From Patescibacteria group bacterium (GTDB taxonomy: Bacteria > Patescibacteriota > Minisyncoccia > Phycocordibacterales > CAIZLB01): a DNA stretch of 64,000 bases. The stretch spans positions 90,087-154,086 of the forward strand of contig JAZKJG010000002.1 of the NCBI GenBank assembly GCA_040384445.1, written 5' to 3'. Below the pieces are notes generated by a model. That model worked only from the letters and a program-made list of their open reading frames with translations, made no database searches and had not been told where the DNA came from. Numbering within the stretch: the first letter of the stretch is position 1; every line of letters begins with the position of its first letter. The translations under genes and the position numbers were made by a program. Of the stretch, positions 48,601 through 57,837 are shown piece by piece.

Positions 48601-49488
48601 ATGAACGAAACACAATCAAACACATTTATTGCTTGGGTACAGGCAACACCTTTGAGAAAAGGTATTTTGAGTACAATTTTTATTTTTATTGCACTCGCAT
48701 TAGTTGCAACAACGGTACTGTTGTTTAAACAAGCTTCACGAGTTGGAGTGTCTGAGAACTATCCTCAGACATTGAACGTAACAGGTAAGGCAGAAGAATA
48801 TGTTAAACCTGACACTCTACAGTTCAACATTTCTATAAACGAAGAAGGAAAAGATGTTGGTGAGGCAACTAAGAAGGCAGGTGATAAAGTTGCACAAGCA
48901 ATAACAATCCTAAAAGCAAACGGAGTTGAGGAGAAAAACATTAAGACATCAAACTACTCAGTACAAGATAAATATGATTCAGTATCTGAGCCATGTGCGT
49001 ATTCTTCTTCAGCAGTCTCATCTGATATGCGAGTAATGGCAGTTGCACCGTGTACAAATACAACTTCAAAAATCGTAGGTTCAACAGTATATCAATCCCT
49101 TGAAGTAAAGATTCAGGATATTGAGAAAAATGCGACAGCAGAACAGAGAAGTAAAATTGTAGGAGAGCTGGCTGCTGCAAACATTAAGACAGACGGGTTT
49201 ACATTTACCGTGTTTGACCTAGACGCAGTTAAGGCACGAGTACGAGAAGAGGCAATCAAAGAAGCAAGAGCTGACGCGAAAGTACTTGCTCGAAATCTTG
49301 GAGTAAAACTACGAGGGCTTTCAAGCTTTAGTGAGGGTGGAGATTATATGCCATATGCATATGGATCAGCTCGAGCTGAAATGATGTCAGCAAAAGATGT
49401 GGCTGCACCTATGGTTCCAACAGTACAGCTTCCAACAGGTGAACAGAAGGTTACAAGTACAGTTACATTGACATACTTGATTAAATAG
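48601..49488 (+). CDS. SIMPL (DUF541) domain protein
   Basis: VTGKAEEYVKPD, AREAxxLA-like segment, LGV.L, GEQKVTSTV.L.Y. Confidence 0.88.
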   Translation: MNETQSNTFIAWVQATPLRKGILSTIFIFIALALVATTVLLFKQASRVGVSENYPQTLNVTGKAEEYVKPDTLQFNISINEEGKDVGEATKKAGDKVAQAITILKANGVEEKNIKTSNYSVQDKYDSVSEPCAYSSSAVSSDMRVMAVAPCTNTTSKIVGSTVYQSLEVKIQDIEKNATAEQRSKIVGELAAANIKTDGFTFTVFDLDAVKARVREEAIKEARADAKVLARNLGVKLRGLSSFSEGGDYMPYAYGSARAEMMSAKDVAAPMVPTVQLPTGEQKVTSTVTLTYLIK

Positions 49489-49572
49489 AAAGTTTCCTGT
49501 ATAATAGCTATTAACGTTAAAACACTCGAAAAACCGGGTGTTTTAAAATTTAAAAATTAATTTACATACACT

Positions 49573-49755
49573 ATGTCTATATTTTCCCACATACAAGAAT
49601 CACGAGCAGAGATGAAGCATGTGAAATGGCCCTCAAAGAAGCAGGTTATAAGTTACACATCAATTGTGATCATACTTTCTATCCTTATTGCCGGATATAT
49701 TGGAGCTCTTGATGTTATCTTTACAAAAATTCTTGCTTTTATTATTTCTAAATAA
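49573..49755 (+). CDS. secE: Preprotein translocase subunit SecE
   Basis: EMKHVKWPS plus TM helix, upstream of nusG. Confidence 0.93.
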   Translation: MSIFSHIQESRAEMKHVKWPSKKQVISYTSIVIILSILIAGYIGALDVIFTKILAFIISK

Positions 49756-49776
49756 GCGTAACGCATACTAAAACCT

Positions 49777-50319
49777 ATGGCTAAACAAATTGAAAAAGAT
49801 CGAAACTGGTATACGATTCAAACATATTCTGGATATGAGAACGCAGTGGTTCGAAATTTGAAACAGCGAATCGAATCTCTTGGTCTTGAGGAAAAAATTT
49901 TTAATGTGCTTGTTCCAACAGAGCGAATCATTAAAATCAAGAACGGAAAGCGAGTAGAGGAAGATGTTCGAATCTACCCTGGATACGTACTTGTAGATAT
50001 GATTGTAACTGAAGACACATGGTTTGCAGTTCGAAACACTCCTCGAGTAACAGGGTTCGTAGGTTCAGGAACTATTCCAGTACCTGTAACAGAATCTGAG
50101 CTTGCTGAGATTTTCTCACGAATGAAAGGGGGACATATTGTACATAATCTTGATGTCGCAATTGATGACTACGTAAACATTGTTGATGGTCCATTTAAGG
50201 ATCTGGATGGTAAAGTTTCAGAGATTGATCAGGAAAGAGGTAAGCTACGAGTGCTTGTTTCTATGTTCGGCCGGGAAACTCCTGTAGAGCTCGACTTCTT
50301 GCAAGTTAAGAAGAAATAG
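49777..50319 (+). CDS. nusG: Transcription factor NusG
   Basis: [27 protein letters not shown]. Confidence 0.97.
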   Translation: MAKQIEKDRNWYTIQTYSGYENAVVRNLKQRIESLGLEEKIFNVLVPTERIIKIKNGKRVEEDVRIYPGYVLVDMIVTEDTWFAVRNTPRVTGFVGSGTIPVPVTESELAEIFSRMKGGHIVHNLDVAIDDYVNIVDGPFKDLDGKVSEIDQERGKLRVLVSMFGRETPVELDFLQVKKK

Positions 50320-50348
50320 GCTATTATACACAAACACAAATACATCAT

Positions 50349-50774
50349 ATGGCTAAAAAAGTAACTAAAATAATCAAGCTGCAAATCGCAGCTGCAAAAG
50401 CAACTCCGGCACCCCCAATCGGTACAGCCCTAGGGCCTGCAGGTGTAAACATTGGAGATTTCGTTAAGAAATTCAACGATGCTACACAAGCTATGGCAGG
50501 AAGTACAATCCCTGTTGTAATTAACGTATACGATGACCGATCTTTTGATTTCATCATGAAAACTCCGCCAGCTGCAGAGTTTGTTAAGAAGGCTATTGGT
50601 CTTGAAACAGGATCAGGTACACCTAACTCTAAAAAAGTAGGAAAGATCACTCGAGCACAGATAGAAGAGATTGCATCAAAGAAGATGGTTGATATGAATG
50701 CGATTGATCTAGCTGGAGCAGTAAAAATGATTGAAGGTACATGTCGATCTCTTGGAGTAGAAGTAGTTGGATAA
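50349..50774 (+). CDS. rplK: 50S ribosomal protein L11
   Basis: [27 protein letters not shown]. Confidence 0.97.
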   Translation: MAKKVTKIIKLQIAAAKATPAPPIGTALGPAGVNIGDFVKKFNDATQAMAGSTIPVVINVYDDRSFDFIMKTPPAAEFVKKAIGLETGSGTPNSKKVGKITRAQIEEIASKKMVDMNAIDLAGAVKMIEGTCRSLGVEVVG

Positions 50775-50796
50775 ATTTTAAAACACATTATCTGAG

Positions 50797-50830
50797 AAAA
50801 CGCTGTCGAATATTTATTGACAGCGTTTTC
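50797..50830 (+). terminator. Terminator directly after rplK
   Basis: AAAACGCTGTCGA...TTGACAGCGTTTT. Confidence 0.8.
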
Positions 50831-50850
50831 TCTTGTTATATAATGGATGC

Positions 50851-51306
50851 ATGAACGACAATCAAACTAAACCAAACAGAAAATTTTTAAAATTTATACT
50901 CCTACTTATTTCATACGCACTTGTTGCGTTGTTGGTATGGAAAGTTACAACAAAACGACTTGTTGATCCTGTAGTTCTTCAAGAACAAGCAGCAAAAGAA
51001 CTTACGACGCTCGTAGAAAAAGTAGGGAAGATTATGGTCCTACCAGCAGAAGCTCCACAAGCTGCAATTATTCAAGACGTTGATTCACTTAAGAAAACAC
51101 AATCATTCTTTATTGATGCACAAAATGGAGATAAGATTCTTGTATTCGTACAAGCTCGAAAAGCTGTTATCTACCGAGAAGAAACAAATCAAATCGTAAA
51201 CGTCGCACTTAATATTGGACCAGTTACTGATCAGTCAAATTCAAGACCTCTAGAGCAACCAACGAATAGTACAACAACAGCAACAACTACTACTCCAGCT
51301 AGATAA
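50851..51306 (+). CDS. Hypothetical single-TM protein
   Basis: FFIDAQNGDKIL, KAVIYR motifs. Confidence 0.7.
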   Translation: MNDNQTKPNRKFLKFILLLISYALVALLVWKVTTKRLVDPVVLQEQAAKELTTLVEKVGKIMVLPAEAPQAAIIQDVDSLKKTQSFFIDAQNGDKILVFVQARKAVIYREETNQIVNVALNIGPVTDQSNSRPLEQPTNSTTTATTTTPAR

Positions 51307-51335
51307 ACGATAGGTGTTGGTATATACGAAATAGT

Positions 51336-52013
51336 ATGAAAAAATTATATATTCTCATTTTCATAGTTTTGATTTCGTTACAGAGTAGTGCTGAAACTAT
51401 GACAGGTGGTGGATATACGTTGAATGGTGGTGTCGATACAACTATCGGCCAAGGGCAAGGTGGAACATATACATTGAGTTCGAACGGAGATCCTCTTTCA
51501 ACACAAAACTCAAGTGGCGGAACATACACACTGTATCCTACTCCATATTCAACGGCGATTGTTCCTGTGACTCCTGGTTCAGGCACTGCTGTGCAGGAAG
51601 TGATTCGTGCTGTTGTGTTTGGAACTCGTGTGCCTAACTATCAGGAGTATTATCCAGGTGCAATACTAGGTACAGCAAGACCTACAAATCCTTCAAGACC
51701 TGGGATTGCTCCATCTAAACCTGGAATTGGTTCAGGTAGTGGAAACCAAGGAGGATCTGCTACTACGACGTATAGTGGTTCTACTACAACTACAAATTAC
51801 GGAGGAACTGAAGGAAGTACGGTAAATGAATTCGGAGAACTTGTGACTTCAGATTTAAATTATGAGTATCCTAATACTGCAGATTTTGAAAAAGGTACAT
51901 CTACGTTTGAAGGGAAGATTGAGACAGTTCGAAAAAATATGGATTGGTGGTGGTTACTGTGGATCCTTTTTGTACTCATAGTATTGAGGTGGTTAAATCG
52001 ACGTTCTAGCTAA
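51336..52013 (+). CDS. Exported Gly/Thr-rich protein with C-terminal WWW TM anchor
   Basis: Signal peptide; GGTYTL repeats; C-terminal TM plus RR. Confidence 0.65.
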   Translation: MKKLYILIFIVLISLQSSAETMTGGGYTLNGGVDTTIGQGQGGTYTLSSNGDPLSTQNSSGGTYTLYPTPYSTAIVPVTPGSGTAVQEVIRAVVFGTRVPNYQEYYPGAILGTARPTNPSRPGIAPSKPGIGSGSGNQGGSATTTYSGSTTTTNYGGTEGSTVNEFGELVTSDLNYEYPNTADFEKGTSTFEGKIETVRKNMDWWWLLWILFVLIVLRWLNRRSS

Positions 52014-52041
52014 ATCCTTAAAAATACTATATATTTCATAT

Positions 52042-53739
52042 ATGATTCCTGTAGCTACACACATAAAAGAAGCATGTCTTTCGTTTTCTCAAGAGGTAAC
52101 GAGAGATATGTTTGTTGTGGATATTGCTAAGGATATTACGAAAGGAGATTTGTATACGAACTTTGCTTTAGTAGTAGCGGGGAAAATGGGTAAAAATCCT
52201 GTGGCAGTTGCGGTTGATCTTGGGGTCTATCTTGACGCTCATCTTGACAAAAACCTTGTTGAAAAAGTTGAAGTAGTAGGAGGGTATGTGAACTTCTGGG
52301 TAAAGGTAGGTACTGATGTTAGTATTCCAGAACATATTCAGCATTCATCATTTACAGGAAAAAAAGTAGCATACGAATACACAGACCCAAATCCGATGAA
52401 AGAATTTCATATTGGACACTTGATGGCAAACACGATTGGAGAATCAATGTCGCGTCTTGGAGAACTTGCAGGGGCTGAAGTAAAGCGATACTCATATCAA
52501 GGAGATGTTGGACGACACATTGCCACAACTCTTTGGGGTGTGCGATTTTTGGACGCGCTTTGGCCAGAGGAAGAGGTGAGTGTAACTGAGAAAGTAAAAT
52601 TTCTTGGAAGTGCGTATGTTGCTGGAAATACAAAGTTAGCTGAACTTAAAGAAGCTGGAGAGGAAAGCGAGGAATATCTGAAAGCTGTAAAAGAGATTGA
52701 GGTGATGAATCAGAAAGTGTATGACAGAACAGATGAAGAAGTGAATGTTATGTATGATCAAGGGAAAGAATGGAGCTTATTGAAATTTGAAGAATTGTAC
52801 GACATTCTTGGGACAAAATTTGATTACTACTTTTTCGAAAGTGTAACCGGTCCGATCGGAATAGACTTAGTGAAGACACATATGAATCATTTTGCGAATG
52901 GTGAAAACGGTGCAATTATTTTCGAAGGTGATCATACTCGAGTTTTCATAAATGGAAAAGGACTTCCGACATATGAAGGAAAAGAGCTTGGGCTGGCAAA
53001 GTTTAAATATGACACATGGCCATATGATAAAAGTTTTGTAATTACTGCAAATGAACAAAAACAAGCACTCGATGTAACTCTTGCTGCTATTAAACTTGTT
53101 CTTCCTGAGATAGGAGATAAGAATGAATATATTTTTAATGGAATGATGAAGTTTGCTAACATGAAAATGAGTTCACGAACTGGAAAGATTATTGCAGGAG
53201 ATGAGCTTGTGTATTCAATGATGGAAGCATCACTTGAAAAAATGAAAGATAGAGAGATGACAGATGATGAAAAGAAAAAGATTGCACAAGATGTTGCGGT
53301 AGCTGCAATTAAATTTACGATTTTGAAACAGAACTTTAGAAAAGATATTATTTTTGATCAGGAAAAATCTCTTGCTCTAGAAGGGGATAGTGGTCCGTAT
53401 ATTCAGTATACTGCAGTTCGAATTCAGTCTGTGCTTAAGAAGGTTAAAGACATTGCTTCCACTGTTGGTTCTGAACCTCTATCTAAAGAAGCTGAATTAT
53501 TACTTCGAACAATATATCGATTTGAACATACATGTTTTAATGCTATTGAAGAATCTGCCCCTCAGCATGTTGCGCAATACTTAATAGATCTTGCATCTAA
53601 GTTTAATGGGTTCTATGCAAATAATAAAATCATGGGGGAGACCGTGGATAGTAGACTAGTGGAGTTGTGTGAAAAGACGTTGAAAGTGCTTGAAAAAGGA
53701 CTTTGGATTCTCGGGATCAGAACGGTGGAGAAGATGTAG
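52042..53739 (+). CDS. argS: Arginine--tRNA ligase
   Basis: PNPMKEFHIGH, KMSSRTG, GDSGPYIQY. Confidence 0.95.
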   Translation: MIPVATHIKEACLSFSQEVTRDMFVVDIAKDITKGDLYTNFALVVAGKMGKNPVAVAVDLGVYLDAHLDKNLVEKVEVVGGYVNFWVKVGTDVSIPEHIQHSSFTGKKVAYEYTDPNPMKEFHIGHLMANTIGESMSRLGELAGAEVKRYSYQGDVGRHIATTLWGVRFLDALWPEEEVSVTEKVKFLGSAYVAGNTKLAELKEAGEESEEYLKAVKEIEVMNQKVYDRTDEEVNVMYDQGKEWSLLKFEELYDILGTKFDYYFFESVTGPIGIDLVKTHMNHFANGENGAIIFEGDHTRVFINGKGLPTYEGKELGLAKFKYDTWPYDKSFVITANEQKQALDVTLAAIKLVLPEIGDKNEYIFNGMMKFANMKMSSRTGKIIAGDELVYSMMEASLEKMKDREMTDDEKKKIAQDVAVAAIKFTILKQNFRKDIIFDQEKSLALEGDSGPYIQYTAVRIQSVLKKVKDIASTVGSEPLSKEAELLLRTIYRFEHTCFNAIEESAPQHVAQYLIDLASKFNGFYANNKIMGETVDSRLVELCEKTLKVLEKGLWILGIRTVEKM

Positions 53740-53761
53740 GGAATCATGTATACTACCCCTT

Positions 53762-56700
53762 ATGAAGACTCCAAATGAGCGAGAATTAGCAATACTGAAA
53801 TTTTGGGATGAGAACAACATTTTTCAAAAAAGTTTAGATAAGAATCCTATAGAAGGGAAGACTTTTCGATATTATGACGGACCGCCATATGCGACTGGGT
53901 TGCCTCATATTGGTAATATGCTTCCAACAGCAGTAAAAGATGCATTTCCACGATACAAGACTATGCAAGGATTTCACGTACCTCGAACATGGGGATGGGA
54001 TTGTCATGGGCTACCGATCGAAAGTTTAGTTGAAAAGAAGCTTGGATTTAAAGGAAAAAAAGATATTGAAGAATTTGGAATTGATAAATTTAACGAAACA
54101 GCCAGAGCGAGTGTGTTTGAGTTTCGGGAAAACTGGAAGAGTATTATTCCTCGACTTGGACGATGGGTCGATATGGATCATGACTACCGAACACTTGATG
54201 CCACTTTTATGGAGTCAGGTCTGTGGGCGTTTAAGCAGTTGTGGGATAAAGGATTAGTATACGAAGGATATAAAGTAATGCCATGGTGTCCTCACTGTGG
54301 AACAGTGCTTTCAAACTTTGAAGTAACAGAAGGATATAAAGAGATTACAGATCTTTCTGCATACGTACGGTTTACGACTGAAGGTGCTTCATTTATTGCA
54401 TGGACAACAACTCCTTGGACTTTACCTGGTAATGTTGCGCTTGCAGTTGGTAATGAAATCGCATACGTGTATGTAGAAATAAAATCAGCAGATAAAACTG
54501 AGACTGTTATCATTTCAAAAAATTCTCTTGAAAAAGTGAAAACACTTATAACAGCAGAGGGAACTACGTTTACGATTTTAAAAGAGGTAACAGGAAAAGA
54601 TCTTGTTGGACTTACATATACACCGCCATTTACATATTTTACAAATGACGCAACTCTAGAGAAAAAAGAAAATGCATGGAAAGTATTTGCGGGAGATTTT
54701 GTGACAGACACAGATGGAACAGGAATTGTACATATTGCACCCGCGTTTGGAGCAGACGATATGAAGCTTGCACAGGAGCATAATCTTCCTGTTATTAAAC
54801 ACGTACTCCCGAACGGTACTTTCGCGCCTGAAGTAACAGATGTAAATGGACAGGCAAAACCAATCGAAGATCATCAGAAGGCTGATATTGATGTAATCAA
54901 ATATCTTGCTCCTGCTGGAAAACTATTTGCAAAAGAAAAATTCATCCATACATATCCTCACTGTTGGCGATGTAAAACACCTCTACTTAACTATGCTACG
55001 ACAAGTTGGTTTATTAAAACGACAGCACTCAAAGATCGAATGATTGAAGAGAACAATAATATAACGTGGCATCCAGAAGAAATTGGAACGAAGCGTCTTG
55101 GTGCATGGCTTGAAAATGTGCGAGACTGGGCAGTGTCACGAAGTCGATTTTGGGGAACACCACTTCCGATCTGGAAAGGTGAGAAGACAGGAAAAACTAT
55201 ATGTCTTGGAAGTCTAGATGAGATAAAAGAAAAGACACGACGAAATACGTACATGTCGATGAGACATGGTGAAGCTACTCACCTTGTAGAAAAGGTGATG
55301 AGTTCTCATCTTGAGTTTGCGGAAAAGCACGGACTAACTGATCTGGGTAAGTCTCAGGTTATTGCGAGTGCAGAAAAGATGGTTGCTGAAAATACGCTTC
55401 CTTCTGTTATCTATCATTCACCACTTCGAAGAACTCGAGAGACGGCAGAACTTGTGCGTGACACAATTGAGCAAAAAACTGGAAAGAGAATTGAACTCAT
55501 CTCTGAGCCAATGCTTCACGAAGAAGATTTCGGAGATCTTGATGGGCATTCTCATACAGAGCATGACGAGTATAGAAAAACTCCAGAGGAATATATTAAT
55601 AAGAAATTTCCAAATGGTGAATCATATGCAGACATGCGACTTCGAATGGGGGAAGCACTATACAGGATTGACGTTGCTCACCAAGGGGAGAATATACTCT
55701 TAATCATGCATGAAGGATGTGTATATAGTGCAGAGGATGTTGCTCTTGGAATGTCGCTTGAAAATATTATTGCAACTCACGCAGGAATTACTCAGATCAA
55801 GCCAGGACAGTATCGAACACTCAATTTTGCACATATTCCACACAACACTTCATACGAAGCAGATTTTCATCGACCATATGTAGATGAAGTCGTGTTTGAA
55901 TTAGATGGAGAAAAGTTTACACGATTACCTGAAGTTCTCGATGTATGGTATGACGCAGGATCAATGCCATTTGCATCTGTTCATTATCCATTTAATCAAA
56001 CTGCAGATATTGCAAATACAATCACTGCTGACTTTGTTGCGGAAGGATTGGATCAAACTCGTGGATGGTTCTACCATATGCTTATCATGTCGGTTGCCTT
56101 GTTTGATAAAAAGCCATTTCATAATGTTATGGTAAATGGACTTCTTCTGGCAGAAGATGGACGAAAGATGAGTAAGAGTTTAAAGAACTATCCTGACCTT
56201 ATGCCTATTGTGGAACAATATGGTGCAGATACGCTCAGGTATTTTCTTCTTGCTTCGCCGATTGTACATGCAGATGAGGTAGCATTTTCAGAAAAAGCCC
56301 TAACAGAAATTCAAAACAAACTTTTCAATAAGCTGACAAACGTGATGTCTTTTCTCGATATGTACGGTGTGAAAGATGTAGAGATAGAACACACAAAACA
56401 AAGTGATCATATTCTTGATATGTGGATTCAAGTTGAGCTTGATACATTGGTTCAGGATATGACAGAGGCTATGGATACATATCAAATCGACAGATCATTA
56501 CGACCACTTCTGCAATTCGTAGATGAACTTTCAACTTGGTATTTGAGACGTTCTCGAGATCGGTTTAAAGATGCAGACGACGCTCTTATTGTTACAAGTA
56601 AGCTTGTCCAAATTCTGACAACTGTTTCAAAACTGATGGCACCTGCAACACCGTTCATGGCTGAAGAAATATACCAATTTGTAAAAAACTTTGACACAAC

Positions 56701-57244
56701 ATTTACACTTAGATTGTACAAAGAAAGTGTACATCTTGAATCTTGGCCAACTGTGACATCAAAAATTACAAAAACTGAGATCGACGAGATTACGTTGAAG
56801 ATGCAGAAAACAAGAGAAGTGGTTGAATCTGTATTAGCGCTTCGAAATAAGGCAAACATCAAAGTGCGACAACCTCTTGCGTCACTTACACTTCCACTAG
56901 ATACATTTGGAAGTGTGCATGTACATATTCTACAAGACGAGCTTAATATTAAGCACATCATAGCAGGTGAGGACGATCAGATGGTTCTTGATATTGTTGT
57001 GACAGAAGAATTACGAGTAGAAGGTTTTGCTCGAGATATGGTACGAGAAATACAGTCTAAGCGAAAAGATCTTGATTTAATTCCACAAGATAAGATTTCG
57101 GTTGTATTCAATACTCCTGACAATGTTGATGCACTTAATGCATATGGTGCGCATACAAACTTATTTACAGAAGTGGCAAATGTAGTAACTCTTACTGTTG
57201 CATCTGCTGACACACAAAGTATTGAGGTTGCAAAAGTAGTATAG
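53762..57244 (+). CDS. ileS: Isoleucine--tRNA ligase (type 2) with inserted histidine-phosphatase domain
   Basis: DGPPYATGLPHIGN, GWDCHGLP, WTTTPWTLP, DWAVSRSRFWG, GLDQTRGWF, KMSKS; inserted RHG domain. Confidence 0.95.
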   Translation: MKTPNERELAILKFWDENNIFQKSLDKNPIEGKTFRYYDGPPYATGLPHIGNMLPTAVKDAFPRYKTMQGFHVPRTWGWDCHGLPIESLVEKKLGFKGKKDIEEFGIDKFNETARASVFEFRENWKSIIPRLGRWVDMDHDYRTLDATFMESGLWAFKQLWDKGLVYEGYKVMPWCPHCGTVLSNFEVTEGYKEITDLSAYVRFTTEGASFIAWTTTPWTLPGNVALAVGNEIAYVYVEIKSADKTETVIISKNSLEKVKTLITAEGTTFTILKEVTGKDLVGLTYTPPFTYFTNDATLEKKENAWKVFAGDFVTDTDGTGIVHIAPAFGADDMKLAQEHNLPVIKHVLPNGTFAPEVTDVNGQAKPIEDHQKADIDVIKYLAPAGKLFAKEKFIHTYPHCWRCKTPLLNYATTSWFIKTTALKDRMIEENNNITWHPEEIGTKRLGAWLENVRDWAVSRSRFWGTPLPIWKGEKTGKTICLGSLDEIKEKTRRNTYMSMRHGEATHLVEKVMSSHLEFAEKHGLTDLGKSQVIASAEKMVAENTLPSVIYHSPLRRTRETAELVRDTIEQKTGKRIELISEPMLHEEDFGDLDGHSHTEHDEYRKTPEEYINKKFPNGESYADMRLRMGEALYRIDVAHQGENILLIMHEGCVYSAEDVALGMSLENIIATHAGITQIKPGQYRTLNFAHIPHNTSYEADFHRPYVDEVVFELDGEKFTRLPEVLDVWYDAGSMPFASVHYPFNQTADIANTITADFVAEGLDQTRGWFYHMLIMSVALFDKKPFHNVMVNGLLLAEDGRKMSKSLKNYPDLMPIVEQYGADTLRYFLLASPIVHADEVAFSEKALTEIQNKLFNKLTNVMSFLDMYGVKDVEIEHTKQSDHILDMWIQVELDTLVQDMTEAMDTYQIDRSLRPLLQFVDELSTWYLRRSRDRFKDADDALIVTSKLVQILTTVSKLMAPATPFMAEEIYQFVKNFDTTFTLRLYKESVHLESWPTVTSKITKTEIDEITLKMQKTREVVESVLALRNKANIKVRQPLASLTLPLDTFGSVHVHILQDELNIKHIIAGEDDQMVLDIVVTEELRVEGFARDMVREIQSKRKDLDLIPQDKISVVFNTPDNVDALNAYGAHTNLFTEVANVVTLTVASADTQSIEVAKVV

Positions 57245-57251
57245 TATCTCT

Positions 57252-57821
57252 ATGGCGTATTCGATATATCAAACAGATTGTGTTGTCCTTGGTATACGAG
57301 ATGTGCAAGAGCATGATTTAATACTGCGAGTGTTTTCTCCCATATTTGGATACATCAGAATTATTTCTAAGGGTGCACGAAAGGGAACATCAAAACTCAG
57401 GCTCAACATACAAGAATATTCTCTGGTGCAAATAGCTGCAGTAAAAGGTAAAGAGTTTTTCATTCTTACTGATGCGCATAGGGTGTTTTCATTTATACAA
57501 TCAAAGCGAGTGGTGAACTTTCTACGTGCTGCTGAGGGATTATTTTTTGATGATGAAAATGATCATGGTACAAAAATAAACACTGATATATATACTATGT
57601 TGGTTAGAATGTGTAAGTTAATTGTATGGACTGCATCCGAAAAGAAAAATGTTTCTAGTATACAAGATTTTTTTACCGTATACGTAAAAGGACTTCAAGG
57701 ATTTACAGGAAAAATTGATGTTGAAAATATGTTGAATCTGAATGATGTTGATATGTATACATGGATTGAAGAACATACGTTGTTGGTAGAAGATTTGCAA
57801 AATAGAATGCAGAAAGAGTAA
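57252..57821 (+). CDS. recO: DNA repair protein RecO (N-terminal OB domain recognisable)
   Basis: VL..RDVQEHD, FS..FG.I, SKGARK.SKL. Confidence 0.75.
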   Translation: MAYSIYQTDCVVLGIRDVQEHDLILRVFSPIFGYIRIISKGARKGTSKLRLNIQEYSLVQIAAVKGKEFFILTDAHRVFSFIQSKRVVNFLRAAEGLFFDDENDHGTKINTDIYTMLVRMCKLIVWTASEKKNVSSIQDFFTVYVKGLQGFTGKIDVENMLNLNDVDMYTWIEEHTLLVEDLQNRMQKE

Positions 57822-57837
57822 GGTTCATGTACAATAT

